Shown piece after piece: positions 27,336 through 36,481 of a stretch of DNA of 36,481 nt. This stretch comes from a virus (lineage: Duplodnaviria > Caudoviricetes). Under the pieces are notes generated by a model. It made no database searches. It had not been told where the DNA came from and saw only the letters and a program-made list of their open reading frames with translations. A program made the position numbers and the translations under genes. How positions within the stretch are numbered: the first letter of the stretch is position 1; every line of letters starts with the position of its first letter. The stretch is taken from positions 1-36,481 of the IMG/VR virus record IMGVR_UViG_3300042299_000035. One strand, 5' to 3'.

Positions 27336-27670
27336 GAGCAAGGTCAGTCGGTGCAAATTTAACTGCTAATACGGCTACTACGCTGTTTACAGTTCCGACT
27401 GGCTATTACGCTAGGTGTGTACTTTTACACGCATCAAACAACGGCTCATCAAATAAGCACATAAGTTTCACTTGGTATGATTCAAGTGCAAGCCTTTCTA
27501 TCCTAATTACAAATGAATACACCTTAACATCTAAATCAACTTATGCCGAGATTGATGTTAATCAGTATATTGTGATGGAAGAAGGCGACTATTTGACTGC
27601 TACATCAGAGTCTGGGTCTACCATTTCTGTCATTGCAACATTTGAAATCGAAGGGTCACAACGAGTATGA
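27332..27670 (+). CDS. Virion structural protein (beta-sandwich)
   Basis: TTLFTVP.G ... IVMEEGDYL pattern; upstream of the tail genes. Confidence 0.65.
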   Translation: MRARSVGANLTANTATTLFTVPTGYYARCVLLHASNNGSSNKHISFTWYDSSASLSILITNEYTLTSKSTYAEIDVNQYIVMEEGDYLTATSESGSTISVIATFEIEGSQRV

Positions 27671-28314
27671 CATACCTAGAATTAGTCAATGATGTACTCA
27701 CTCGTTTGCGTGAGACTAATGTTTCTACTGTTTCAGAAACAACATATTCTGCTTTGATTGGCAAGTTTGTCAATGATGCCAAGCGACAAATTGAAGATTC
27801 CTACACTTGGAATTGCTTGTCTCAAACCATCACAGTAACTACTACTGGTGGCACACATTCATATTCTTTGACTGGTTCTGGTCAGAAGTTTCGTGTAATG
27901 GACTCCTTGAATACAACTAGCAATGTTGTGATGGATGACATTCCTTTTGCCAGTATGAATCGCAAGTTGAACTTTGTGACTCCAGTTCAAGGAATCCCAT
28001 CTGAGTACTGTTTTAATGGTGTAGATGGCAGTGGTGATACAAAGATTGACTTGTATCCAATTCCTAATGGTGTCTTCACTATTTTGTTTGATGTGATCAT
28101 TCCACAAGCGGCTTTGACTTCTGATGGCACTTCTGTCAAGGTTTTAGATTATTTGGTGACTCAGAGTGCTTATGCACGTGCTTTGATTGAGCGTGGTGAA
28201 GATGGTGGTACTAGCTCTTCTGAGGCTTATGCGCTGTTCAGAGGTATGTTGTCTGATGCCATTGCAACAGAGAGCACACGTTATCCTGAAGAACAAGTAT
28301 TTGAGGCAGTGTAA
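27667..28314 (+). CDS. Head-tail adaptor / tail tubular protein A
   Basis: MTYLELVNDVL.RL.E, VNDAKR.I and LYPIP motifs; size and position. Confidence 0.75.
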   Translation: MTYLELVNDVLTRLRETNVSTVSETTYSALIGKFVNDAKRQIEDSYTWNCLSQTITVTTTGGTHSYSLTGSGQKFRVMDSLNTTSNVVMDDIPFASMNRKLNFVTPVQGIPSEYCFNGVDGSGDTKIDLYPIPNGVFTILFDVIIPQAALTSDGTSVKVLDYLVTQSAYARALIERGEDGGTSSSEAYALFRGMLSDAIATESTRYPEEQVFEAV

Positions 28315-29858
28315 TGGCAGCTCCACTACAAAGTAACAGTGTAAGCGCACCAGGCTTTTATGGTCTGAATACGCAAGACTCTCCATTGGATTTGTCTTCT
28401 GGCTTTGCTTTGGTTGCTTCTAATTGCGTGATTGACCAGTATGGACGTATTGGTGCTCGCAAGGGTTATACATTGGTTAATTCTTCATCTGGAAACCTTG
28501 GGTCTAACGATGTAACTGTTATCCATGAGTTAGTGCAGATTGATGGCACATTGACTGTGTTGTTTGCTGGCAACAATAAGTTGTTCAAACTTGGTACTTC
28601 CAATGCTGTAACTGAGTTGACCTATGGTGGTGGTGGTTCTGCTCCTACCATTAGTGCTAGTAACTGGCATTGTGCTTCTTTGAATGGAATCACTTATTTC
28701 TTCCAATCTGGACACGATCCATTGATTTATGACCCAGCGGTAAGTACTACCACTTATCGCAGAGTTTCTGAGAAGACTGGTTATGTAGGTACTGTTCCTC
28801 AAGCAAACATTTGTATTTCTGCTTTTGGTCGTTTGTGGGTTGCCAATACATCTACTAACAAAGTAACGATTACTTTCTCTGATCTGATTGCAGGTCATGT
28901 ATGGGGGGGTGGTACTACTGGTACTTTAGATGTGTCTCGTGTATGGCCTAATGGTTCTGATGAGATCATGGGATTGGCGGCACACAATGATTTCTTGTTT
29001 ATCTTTGGTAAACGACAGATTCTTGTTTACTCTGGTGCAACAACCCCTGCAACGCTCCAGTTAAGTGACACAGTAGGTTCTATTGGATGTATTGCTAGAG
29101 ATTCTATTCAGAGTATTGGTACTGATGTAATTTTCTTGTCAGACTCTGGTGTTCGTTCATTGATGAGGACTATCCAAGAGAAGTCTGCTCCTTTGAGAGA
29201 CATCTCTAAGAATGTTCGTTCCGATTTAATTAGCTCTTTAGCTGTTGAGACATTGGCTAATTTGAAGTCTGTTTACTCAGAGAAGAATGCTTTTTATCTG
29301 TTGGTTTTGCCTACTTCAGCACAAGTCTATTGTTTTGATACAAAGATGCAATTGCAAGATGGGTCTAACAGAGTAACCAAGTGGGATTCAATCACTCCTA
29401 AGTCTTTATATGCGCTTAGAAATGGTGATTTATACATTGGTAAGACTGGATACATTGGTAAGTATGATGGTTACTTAGATAACACTTCTACTTATCGGAT
29501 GGCGTACTACACGAACCATGCTGATTTAGGCAATGAGAATCAGATCTCTGTTCTTAAGAGAATCAAGACAATCATCATTGGTGGCTCAAACCAGTTTGTG
29601 ACGATCAAGTGGGGATTTGACTTCGCAGCCAATTATCTGTCTGCAAACGCCAACATTGCTACACAATCTATTTCTGAGTATGGAATAGCTGAATATGGGG
29701 TTGCTCAGTATTCAAGTGGTGTGCTTATCAGAACATTGGATGTGAATGCTTCTGGTATGGGAAAGATTGTTCAAACTGGTTACGAAACTACAATTAACGG
29801 CACTCAATTATCAATTCAGAAGATTGAGATTCAATCTAAGAACGGGAAAATATCATGA
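28314..29858 (+). CDS. Tail nozzle/hub (tail tubular B or P22 gp10-like beta-propeller)
   Basis: GLNT.DS, N.VID..G.I..RKG, GRLWV and IGCIA..SIQ..G.DVIFLSDSG motifs; 514 aa. Confidence 0.75.
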   Translation: MAAPLQSNSVSAPGFYGLNTQDSPLDLSSGFALVASNCVIDQYGRIGARKGYTLVNSSSGNLGSNDVTVIHELVQIDGTLTVLFAGNNKLFKLGTSNAVTELTYGGGGSAPTISASNWHCASLNGITYFFQSGHDPLIYDPAVSTTTYRRVSEKTGYVGTVPQANICISAFGRLWVANTSTNKVTITFSDLIAGHVWGGGTTGTLDVSRVWPNGSDEIMGLAAHNDFLFIFGKRQILVYSGATTPATLQLSDTVGSIGCIARDSIQSIGTDVIFLSDSGVRSLMRTIQEKSAPLRDISKNVRSDLISSLAVETLANLKSVYSEKNAFYLLVLPTSAQVYCFDTKMQLQDGSNRVTKWDSITPKSLYALRNGDLYIGKTGYIGKYDGYLDNTSTYRMAYYTNHADLGNENQISVLKRIKTIIIGGSNQFVTIKWGFDFAANYLSANANIATQSISEYGIAEYGVAQYSSGVLIRTLDVNASGMGKIVQTGYETTINGTQLSIQKIEIQSKNGKIS

Positions 29859-31804
29859 GTAACTACACAAAAAGTACTAACTTTGCAACTAAAGACAATC
29901 TAACACCTGGTGATCCACTCAAGATTGTTCGTGGTACTGAGATTGATACTGAGTTCAATAACATTGCTACTGCTATTGCTACGAAGACAGACAATGCTTC
30001 TGCTGCGGTAACTGGTGGAACTATCAACGATACAACCATTGGTGCGACTACTGCATCTACTGGTGCGTTTACTACCATTAGTGCTACTGGTGCTATTACA
30101 TCTACCTTGGCTACTGGTACAGCGCCTTTAGTGGTTGCTTCAACTACGAAGGTGACTAACCTTAATGTTGACTCATTAGATGGTGCTGATTGGGCATCTC
30201 CTGCGGCTTTAGGTTCTACTACCCCTGCGGCTGTCTCTGCTACGACTTTGAGCGCTTCTGGCAATGTAACCCTCTCTGGTGGTACTGCTAATGGTGTTGC
30301 TTATTTAAACGGCTCTAAGGTTGTTACAAGCGGTTCTGCGCTTACTTTTGATGGTACATCTTTAGGTGTTGCAGGAACGGCAACTAATGCGGTTAGCGTC
30401 ACTTCAACAGCTACTACAACAGCTTTGAAGTTAGATAACACCAATGCAAATGGATGGGGTAGCAATCTTGCTATTTTTACAGGTGGGTCTGCCGCAGGTT
30501 ATTTTGGCACGATTGGCTCTTTGCTTGGAAGTACAGCACAAGACCTTGCTATTTACGCAACCTCTAGCAAGGGTGTTCGTATTTACACAAACGACAATAA
30601 CGAAAGAATGCGTGTCACAAGCGCAGGGGATGTGGGTATTGGTACAAGTAGTCCTAGCCAGAAACTTGATGTGGCTGGAAATATAACTGCTACAGCATGG
30701 CTTGGTCGTGCTAATGGTTCTGCCCCATCTGCTGACTGCGCCATCTATCGTGCTGCTGACAACACGCTTGGTTTTAGTACAGCAAGTACAGAGCGTATGC
30801 GCCTCGACTCCTCAGGCAATCTAGGCTTGGGAGTTACTCCTAGTGCTTCAAACGCTTGCACAAACATTGAACTACCTTACGGGGCTACTTTGTCGGCTCG
30901 TAGCAATACTGCAGCACCACAGTTTGCAATGATGAGCAACGCTGTTGGAAATTGGTACGCCGCCACATACAAGATTAACGGGTTTGCAACACAGTACACG
31001 CAACAAGGAAATGACGGCACACACGCTTGGTACACAGCCCCATCAGGCACAGCAGGAAACGCCATTACCTTTACTCAGGCAATGACTCTGGATGCTAGTG
31101 GGAATTTGATGGTTGGCACGACAACACCAACTGCAAATTGCAAACTTACTGTAACTGGTGCTGGTATTTCAATTGCGGGTGGTCGAGGTTCTACTTTTGC
31201 ATTGGCTTATCCTGATTGGTCAATCTACAACACAAGTAGTGGAAACGCATTAGCGTTTGATAACGGCACAGAACGTGCCCGTATAGACTCAAGCGGTAAC
31301 TTGCTGTTGGGCGCTACTTCCGCACACAACTTTGGGATTCCATCAATTCAGGCTGGTGGTTCAAACGCAAATGCCATTATTTCTGTTCGCAGGGATACAA
31401 CAAGTGCAGCAGACCAAATTCTTTTTTATAACCCCAATGGTTCGGTTGGTAGTATTTCAACAAGTGGTTCATCAACAACTTATGGAACATCATCAGATTA
31501 CCGCCTAAAGAACACCATTGCACCAATGACAGGTGCTTTGGCTAAAGTTGCATTGCTAAAGCCTTGCACTTACAAATGGAACGCTGACGGCTCTGATGGT
31601 CAGGGCTTCATTGCTCACGAGTTGGCTGAAGTTGTCCCTCAATGCGTGACAGGCGAAAAAGATGCAGTCAACGAAGATGGCAATCCTCAATATCAAGGCA
31701 TCGACACATCATTCTTGGTGGCTACTCTCACAGCGGCTTTGCAAGAGGCTCATGGCTTGATTAAAAACCTAGAAACTCGTATTTCAGCATTGGAAGCAAA
31801 ATGA
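29855..31804 (+). CDS. Tail fibre with C-terminal intramolecular chaperone (peptidase S74-type) domain
   Basis: EIDTEFNNIA anchor, repeated ERMR.DSSGN junctions, SSDYRLK cleavage motif, GFIAHEL.EV.P, terminal coiled coil. Confidence 0.88.
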   Translation: MSNYTKSTNFATKDNLTPGDPLKIVRGTEIDTEFNNIATAIATKTDNASAAVTGGTINDTTIGATTASTGAFTTISATGAITSTLATGTAPLVVASTTKVTNLNVDSLDGADWASPAALGSTTPAAVSATTLSASGNVTLSGGTANGVAYLNGSKVVTSGSALTFDGTSLGVAGTATNAVSVTSTATTTALKLDNTNANGWGSNLAIFTGGSAAGYFGTIGSLLGSTAQDLAIYATSSKGVRIYTNDNNERMRVTSAGDVGIGTSSPSQKLDVAGNITATAWLGRANGSAPSADCAIYRAADNTLGFSTASTERMRLDSSGNLGLGVTPSASNACTNIELPYGATLSARSNTAAPQFAMMSNAVGNWYAATYKINGFATQYTQQGNDGTHAWYTAPSGTAGNAITFTQAMTLDASGNLMVGTTTPTANCKLTVTGAGISIAGGRGSTFALAYPDWSIYNTSSGNALAFDNGTERARIDSSGNLLLGATSAHNFGIPSIQAGGSNANAIISVRRDTTSAADQILFYNPNGSVGSISTSGSSTTYGTSSDYRLKNTIAPMTGALAKVALLKPCTYKWNADGSDGQGFIAHELAEVVPQCVTGEKDAVNEDGNPQYQGIDTSFLVATLTAALQEAHGLIKNLETRISALEAK

Positions 31805-32088
31805 CTACTACTTGGAAAATCACAAACCTTGACCGCAACACAGCCGATGGTTTTGTAACCACAGCCCATTGGAACGCAACAGCAATAGATGGAGAACACT
31901 CTGCCTCTGCCTACGCAACAGTCTCATGGGCTGAAGGCACTCCTACAATTCCTTACGCAAACCTCACAGAAGCCACAGTCCTTGGTTGGGTGTGGGAGTC
32001 TGTTGACAAGGAATCTACAGAGGCTTCTTTGGCGGCTCAGATTGCTTTGCTGAAAAACCCTGTAAAAGCTACTGGTACACCTTGGTAA
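31801..32088 (+). CDS. Tail-fibre-associated small protein
   Basis: W.IT.LDR ... IPYANLTEA.VLGWV ... GTPW; ATGA-coupled to the fibre. Confidence 0.65.
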   Translation: MTTTWKITNLDRNTADGFVTTAHWNATAIDGEHSASAYATVSWAEGTPTIPYANLTEATVLGWVWESVDKESTEASLAAQIALLKNPVKATGTPW

Positions 32089-32125
32089 GTTGAAAAGCAC
32101 AAATCCCTAAAGTGGAGTAAAAATT

Positions 32126-34210
32126 ATGGCTAGAGCAAGAGAAAACAATTTCCTGAGAGACTTCGAGGACACAGGTTTACAGCCTAGTATTCAGCAAATT
32201 CTTGCTCAGACACCTGTTGTTCAGCAACCTTCTATGGCAAAGCAACCTACTATGGCTACAGATAAAGCAACAATCATTGATAACTTGGTAAAACAAATCC
32301 AAGCCAGAAGCAACACATCTCAATGGTCAGGTGGTGTTGGTGCTGATCAAGCTACTAAGGACATGGCTCGAATTCTTGCTGAAACAGGAATTACAGACAT
32401 TAGTCAGTTTGGCCCAATAACCCAACAAGTTGAGAAGATAGTTGGTTATGAGGATTGGGGTGACCCAATTTATCAGACTGTAACTGAGCAAACCTATGGC
32501 AATAAGGTAACTGGTCAAGCAGTTCCTAACACCTACACAACGCGACAAACAGGTGAGTTCTTTGGTGGAACTTACGAGGGTAAGGGTAATACTGGATATG
32601 GTGTTCAGTTTGATGAACAAGGAAACCCTAGTTTCTTTACCCAAGGTGCATCAAGCCGTGATCCTATTGTAAAAGCTGCAATCCCTATCGGTGCTCTTGC
32701 ATTGGGTGCTTATGGTGCTCAAAGTCTATTGGGTGGTGCTGGTGGCGGTGCATTAAGTGGTGGTGCGGCTTCAGGTTTAACAGCCGCAGAAGCCGCAGGA
32801 TTAGGTTTAACAGCTACAGAGGCAGCCGCATTAGGATTGCCAGCGGCAGAGTTTGCGGCGGCAGGTACGGGTGGTTTACTCTCAAGTGCTGCTCCTAGTC
32901 TTGCCGCAGTAGCTCCTGAAGTAGCGGCTATTGCACCTTCTGTTGCCCCTGCTGTTGCTTCTGTTGCACCAGAGGTTGTTGCTTCTACAGTTGCACCTGC
33001 TGTTGCTTCTGCTGTAACACCCGCTGTTGCACCAACAGTAGCCTCGACTGCTGGTGGCCTTTTAAGTTCTGCAATACCAGGCGCAGGTACTATTGGTGGT
33101 GCTTTGGCTTCTGGTGCTTTATCATCTTTAGGTGGTGCTTTGGGAGGTGCTGTGACTGGTGGATTAAACAATCTTATTTCTGGTGGTTTAGGAACTGCTG
33201 GCAACTTGCTTCAAATGCAACAATCAAGAGAAGCGGCTCAAAAGGCTCAAGCAATGATTGAAGCAGAGACTGCTGCCGCTAAAGAAGCCGCACAGTTCCG
33301 TCCTGTTGGAATGACAACTAGATTTGGCACTTCTGAGTTCAAAGTTGATCCTACAACTGGTCAATTGGTTAGCGCAGGGTATACCTTAACACCTGAAGCT
33401 AAAGCCCAACAAGATAGATTGGTTGCTTTACAGAACCAAGGATTGACTCAGGCAGAACAAGCTCAAGCACAATTTGCTCCTTTGCAAACAGGCGCTCAAT
33501 CTCTATTTAACCTTGGTAATCAGTACTTGGCTAAAACTCCTGAACAAGTTGCTCAGAACTATCTTGCTCAACAGTTGGCTTTGTTGCAACCAGGCAGAGA
33601 GTTAGAGTTGGCTAATCTGCAAAACAGACTACAACAGCAAGGTCGTTCGGGTCTTTCTGTTGCTCAAGGTGGCTCTTATGGTGCTACGACTCCTGAGTTA
33701 CAGGCTTTGTATAACGCTCGTGCTATGCAAGAGGCTCAATTGGCGGCTCAAGCCCAACAAGCTGGTCAACAGCAAGTTCAGTTTGGTGCGGGATTGCTTG
33801 GTCAAGGTGCTAATGCAATGGGCCAGTACTATGGTGGTCAGCAAGCGGCTTATGCGCCTTATACGACTGCTTCTGGACAAGTTCAAGGTCTTGAGGCTCT
33901 TGGTCAACAGCCATTGACTATGGGAATAGGTCTTGGTCAACAAGCAGCACAAGCTGGGGCTAATGTTGGAAGACTTGGTTTGACAGGCGCTCAATTAAGT
34001 ACTAATTTGGCTACAAGTGCTGATGCAACAAGAAACTTAGCGGCTCAAGGACTGATTGCGGCAGGTAATCCTAATGCGATGTTTGGCAATGCTATAGGGG
34101 GGCTACTCAGTGGTGGCGCACGAGCATTATTTAGCCAAACTCCTCTAGGTAGTTCTGGTTTTGGAACTGGTTTAGCCTATAGTAATCAAGACATGGGCTT
34201 GTATTTTTAA
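32126..34210 (+). CDS. Internal virion/ejection (pilot) protein
   Basis: Gly/Ala-rich hydrophobic middle and Gln-rich helical C-half; follows the tail genes. Confidence 0.65.
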   Translation: MARARENNFLRDFEDTGLQPSIQQILAQTPVVQQPSMAKQPTMATDKATIIDNLVKQIQARSNTSQWSGGVGADQATKDMARILAETGITDISQFGPITQQVEKIVGYEDWGDPIYQTVTEQTYGNKVTGQAVPNTYTTRQTGEFFGGTYEGKGNTGYGVQFDEQGNPSFFTQGASSRDPIVKAAIPIGALALGAYGAQSLLGGAGGGALSGGAASGLTAAEAAGLGLTATEAAALGLPAAEFAAAGTGGLLSSAAPSLAAVAPEVAAIAPSVAPAVASVAPEVVASTVAPAVASAVTPAVAPTVASTAGGLLSSAIPGAGTIGGALASGALSSLGGALGGAVTGGLNNLISGGLGTAGNLLQMQQSREAAQKAQAMIEAETAAAKEAAQFRPVGMTTRFGTSEFKVDPTTGQLVSAGYTLTPEAKAQQDRLVALQNQGLTQAEQAQAQFAPLQTGAQSLFNLGNQYLAKTPEQVAQNYLAQQLALLQPGRELELANLQNRLQQQGRSGLSVAQGGSYGATTPELQALYNARAMQEAQLAAQAQQAGQQQVQFGAGLLGQGANAMGQYYGGQQAAYAPYTTASGQVQGLEALGQQPLTMGIGLGQQAAQAGANVGRLGLTGAQLSTNLATSADATRNLAAQGLIAAGNPNAMFGNAIGGLLSGGARALFSQTPLGSSGFGTGLAYSNQDMGLYF

Positions 34211-34219
34211 GGAGTCATC

Positions 34220-35506
34220 ATGGCAGATAGTATGGTAGCGGGTCTTTTTGGTTTGACTCCTGAGATGTATCAAAACCAACAGTATCAACAAGATTTGAAG
34301 CGTGGTTATGAGTTAGCCCAACTCTCTCCTGGTGCGGCGGCTCAAGCGGGTCTACAAGCTAGTGTTGGTCAACTAGGTCGTGGTGTGGCTGGTTTGATGG
34401 GTGTAGAAGACCCACAAATGAAGATAATCTCTGCTCGTCAACAGATTATTGGCAGACTTGATCAAACAAACCCTACATCAATGCTTGAAGGGGCTAAGAT
34501 GCTTGCCCAAATGGGTGACCAACAAGGTGCTTTTGCTTTGGCAGACTATGCCCGTAAAGCGCAAAGTGAGATTGCTCAAGCACAACAGCGTATGGCAGCG
34601 GCTAATCGTGAACGTCAACAAGCAGTCCCTAACGATATTCAGATCGCCAATGAAATTGCCACTTTGACAGATGCTCAAGATCAATTAATGAATCAACCCG
34701 CATCACCAGAGCGTGATCGTGCAATGAATTTAATTACAACTCGTTTGACTCAGCTTGAGCGTTTGACTTCTAAAGCAGAAAAAACAGAGCCTAAAACTAG
34801 CTATGGCCCTGAGGCTGACAGGGTAGCAAAAGGTAGATTTGGCGTAAACTTTTCTGATTTAACACAAGCTCAAGCAAAAGAAGTTGATGATATTTTGGAA
34901 GCTCGTGGTGTTACTAAAGCTAAAGAAAGCGCCTCTAAATTAGTATTACCTGGCCAACCTGTTGAGCCAAAAGATTGGATGGCTTTTGACCAAAATGTTC
35001 TTAGCAAAGACCCAACAATGCAAAGAACATCAACAATTTTGTCAGATGCGCCAAGTGCTATTGAGATTATTAGATCATCTACTACTAACGATATTTCTGC
35101 CGCTACTTTGCCTGGCGCCTTAGCTAGGTTGACAGGCGAGGGCAAGAATATGTCCAATGCAGATGTCAATAGATATGCTCGTACTGGTGGATTGGATGAT
35201 CGTTTAGCACAAGATGCTGTTAAGTTCTTTACTGGCAAAACAACTGATGTCAAAAAAGATCAGGCAGAACGATTCGCAATTGCTCTATATCGTGGCGCTT
35301 TAATTGAACGCAAAAAGAAACTTGAAGATGCTGCTGAACAATATGGTTATTCAGAATCTCCAAACTATAAAGTTGCACTTCGTCAGATTGACACTCAGCT
35401 TGGACAGTTTAAACTTGTTAAAAAAGGTGAGACTACACCTCCTTCACAAAAAACTGGCGATCCTTTGATTGACAAGTATCTTTTCCCAAAAGCGGAGAAT
35501 AAATAA
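34220..35506 (+). CDS. Internal virion/ejection protein
   Basis: 428 aa, helical, Gln/Ala-rich; AAGGAG RBS. Confidence 0.65.
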   Translation: MADSMVAGLFGLTPEMYQNQQYQQDLKRGYELAQLSPGAAAQAGLQASVGQLGRGVAGLMGVEDPQMKIISARQQIIGRLDQTNPTSMLEGAKMLAQMGDQQGAFALADYARKAQSEIAQAQQRMAAANRERQQAVPNDIQIANEIATLTDAQDQLMNQPASPERDRAMNLITTRLTQLERLTSKAEKTEPKTSYGPEADRVAKGRFGVNFSDLTQAQAKEVDDILEARGVTKAKESASKLVLPGQPVEPKDWMAFDQNVLSKDPTMQRTSTILSDAPSAIEIIRSSTTNDISAATLPGALARLTGEGKNMSNADVNRYARTGGLDDRLAQDAVKFFTGKTTDVKKDQAERFAIALYRGALIERKKKLEDAAEQYGYSESPNYKVALRQIDTQLGQFKLVKKGETTPPSQKTGDPLIDKYLFPKAENK

Positions 35507-36481
35507 TGGCAACTTATGAACAAGTAATGGAAGCCTTGCGTAGAGCAGATGCCGAGGGAAATGTTGAGGATGCTCGAAAACTGGCTCAAATGGCTTCTGA
35601 ACTACGCCCACAAGGTGCTGGTGGTGGTAGGGGTCTTATGGGTGGCCCAACAGCTCAAGGCAGAGCTAGAGCCGCTATGGGGACAGGTGAATTATTGCTT
35701 GAAACTATAAAAAAAGGTGTAACTCAGCCTTTTGCAAGAGCCGCAGCAGGTTCTGCCATGCAACAAGGTACATTCGCTGGTGCATTTCCAACACAACCAG
35801 AACTAGAAGGCATTACAACTGAAAGTGTTCAACGTGGAATGGGTGTTGACACAAACATTCGACCTACAACAACAGCTCAAAAATATGGAATGGCGGCTGT
35901 TGAAGGCTTAGTTGATCCTACCAACCTAATTGGTTTGCCAGTTACCACGGCAGGTCGTTTGGCTCTTGGATTTGGTTCTGCTATGGCGGGAGTTGGTGGT
36001 GAATTTGGTGGAGAAGTTGGTAAACAAGTAGGTGGATTGCCTGGTCAAATAACAGGTGGTATTTTGTTTGCTTTGTTGTCAGGTGCTGGTGGCACTAAAG
36101 CTGTTGGCTTAATGGCTGATGCTAGAAATAAAGTCAATTTAAAAGATTTCAATGTTGAGGATTTAGCGGGTGTTGAAGGCACTTCTCAGGCTAAAGATTT
36201 GGTTGAAAAAGCATTGGCGGCTGACCCAAATCTTAAAACTCGTTTAGAGGACATCAAGAAAAAGATTGCTTTTGTTGGTGGACAACCAGACATCTTGGCT
36301 ACTGGTGGTGTCGATAGTAGGATTCTTCGTGCAAGTTTAGAAAACTTAGCAAGCAAAGATGCAAAAGTAGCTGGTGATTTAAAGAAAATTTATGATGACT
36401 TGCAGACTGCTGTGCGTGTCAAAGCTAATGAGCTGTACCCACAGCCTAGTTCAGGTAATAAATTTATTCCCGCTGAGATTC
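35506..36481 (+). CDS. N-terminal part of the large ejection protein (continues at window start to 1983)
   Basis: TAATG coupling; MATYEQVMEALRRADAEGNVEDARKLA...; open to the window end. Confidence 0.8.
   Translation, partial: MATYEQVMEALRRADAEGNVEDARKLAQMASELRPQGAGGGRGLMGGPTAQGRARAAMGTGELLLETIKKGVTQPFARAAAGSAMQQGTFAGAFPTQPELEGITTESVQRGMGVDTNIRPTTTAQKYGMAAVEGLVDPTNLIGLPVTTAGRLALGFGSAMAGVGGEFGGEVGKQVGGLPGQITGGILFALLSGAGGTKAVGLMADARNKVNLKDFNVEDLAGVEGTSQAKDLVEKALAADPNLKTRLEDIKKKIAFVGGQPDILATGGVDSRILRASLENLASKDAKVAGDLKKIYDDLQTAVRVKANELYPQPSSGNKFIPAEI
36292..36481. repeat. Terminal direct repeat / circular assembly overlap (copy 2)
   Basis: Matches 1-190. Confidence 0.95.

Overview
The window is an apparently complete, circularly assembled tailed-phage genome of about 36,291 bp. 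Positions 1-190 re-occur at 36292-36481, and one ~922-aa gene runs across the join. The architecture is podovirus-like. On the + strand: terS, terL, portal, a collagen-fibre plus glycosyltransferase insert, scaffold, major capsid, small basic proteins, tail adaptor/nozzle, an S74-chaperone tail fibre, three large ejection-type proteins, then a lysis module (holin-like, Rz with embedded Rz1, GH19 endolysin; spanins imply a Gram-negative host). There is also a leftward recombination operon (Sak-like annealase, SSB-like), a rightward replication/nin-like operon (HTH, minimal replication protein, C5 methyltransferase, RusA, HNH-like), and a leftward cluster of tiny early-type genes. I see no integrase, CI-like repressor, polymerase, primase, helicase, tRNA or CRISPR. 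The most notable signals are: (1) Thr-rich GPT collagen fibres encoded with a GT2-TPR glycosyltransferase, a BclA-like virion glycosylation cassette; (2) a C5 methyltransferase split over two fully overlapping reading frames; (3) a c4-like antisense RNA with its upstream target, followed by a large structured non-coding region in front of a truncated replication protein; (4) a recurring TAGGG-N4-YCCTA palindrome at a fixed distance from -10 boxes; (5) a duplicated, covarying two-hairpin RNA element between early genes. All product calls come from motif recognition and gene order; no database searches were run.
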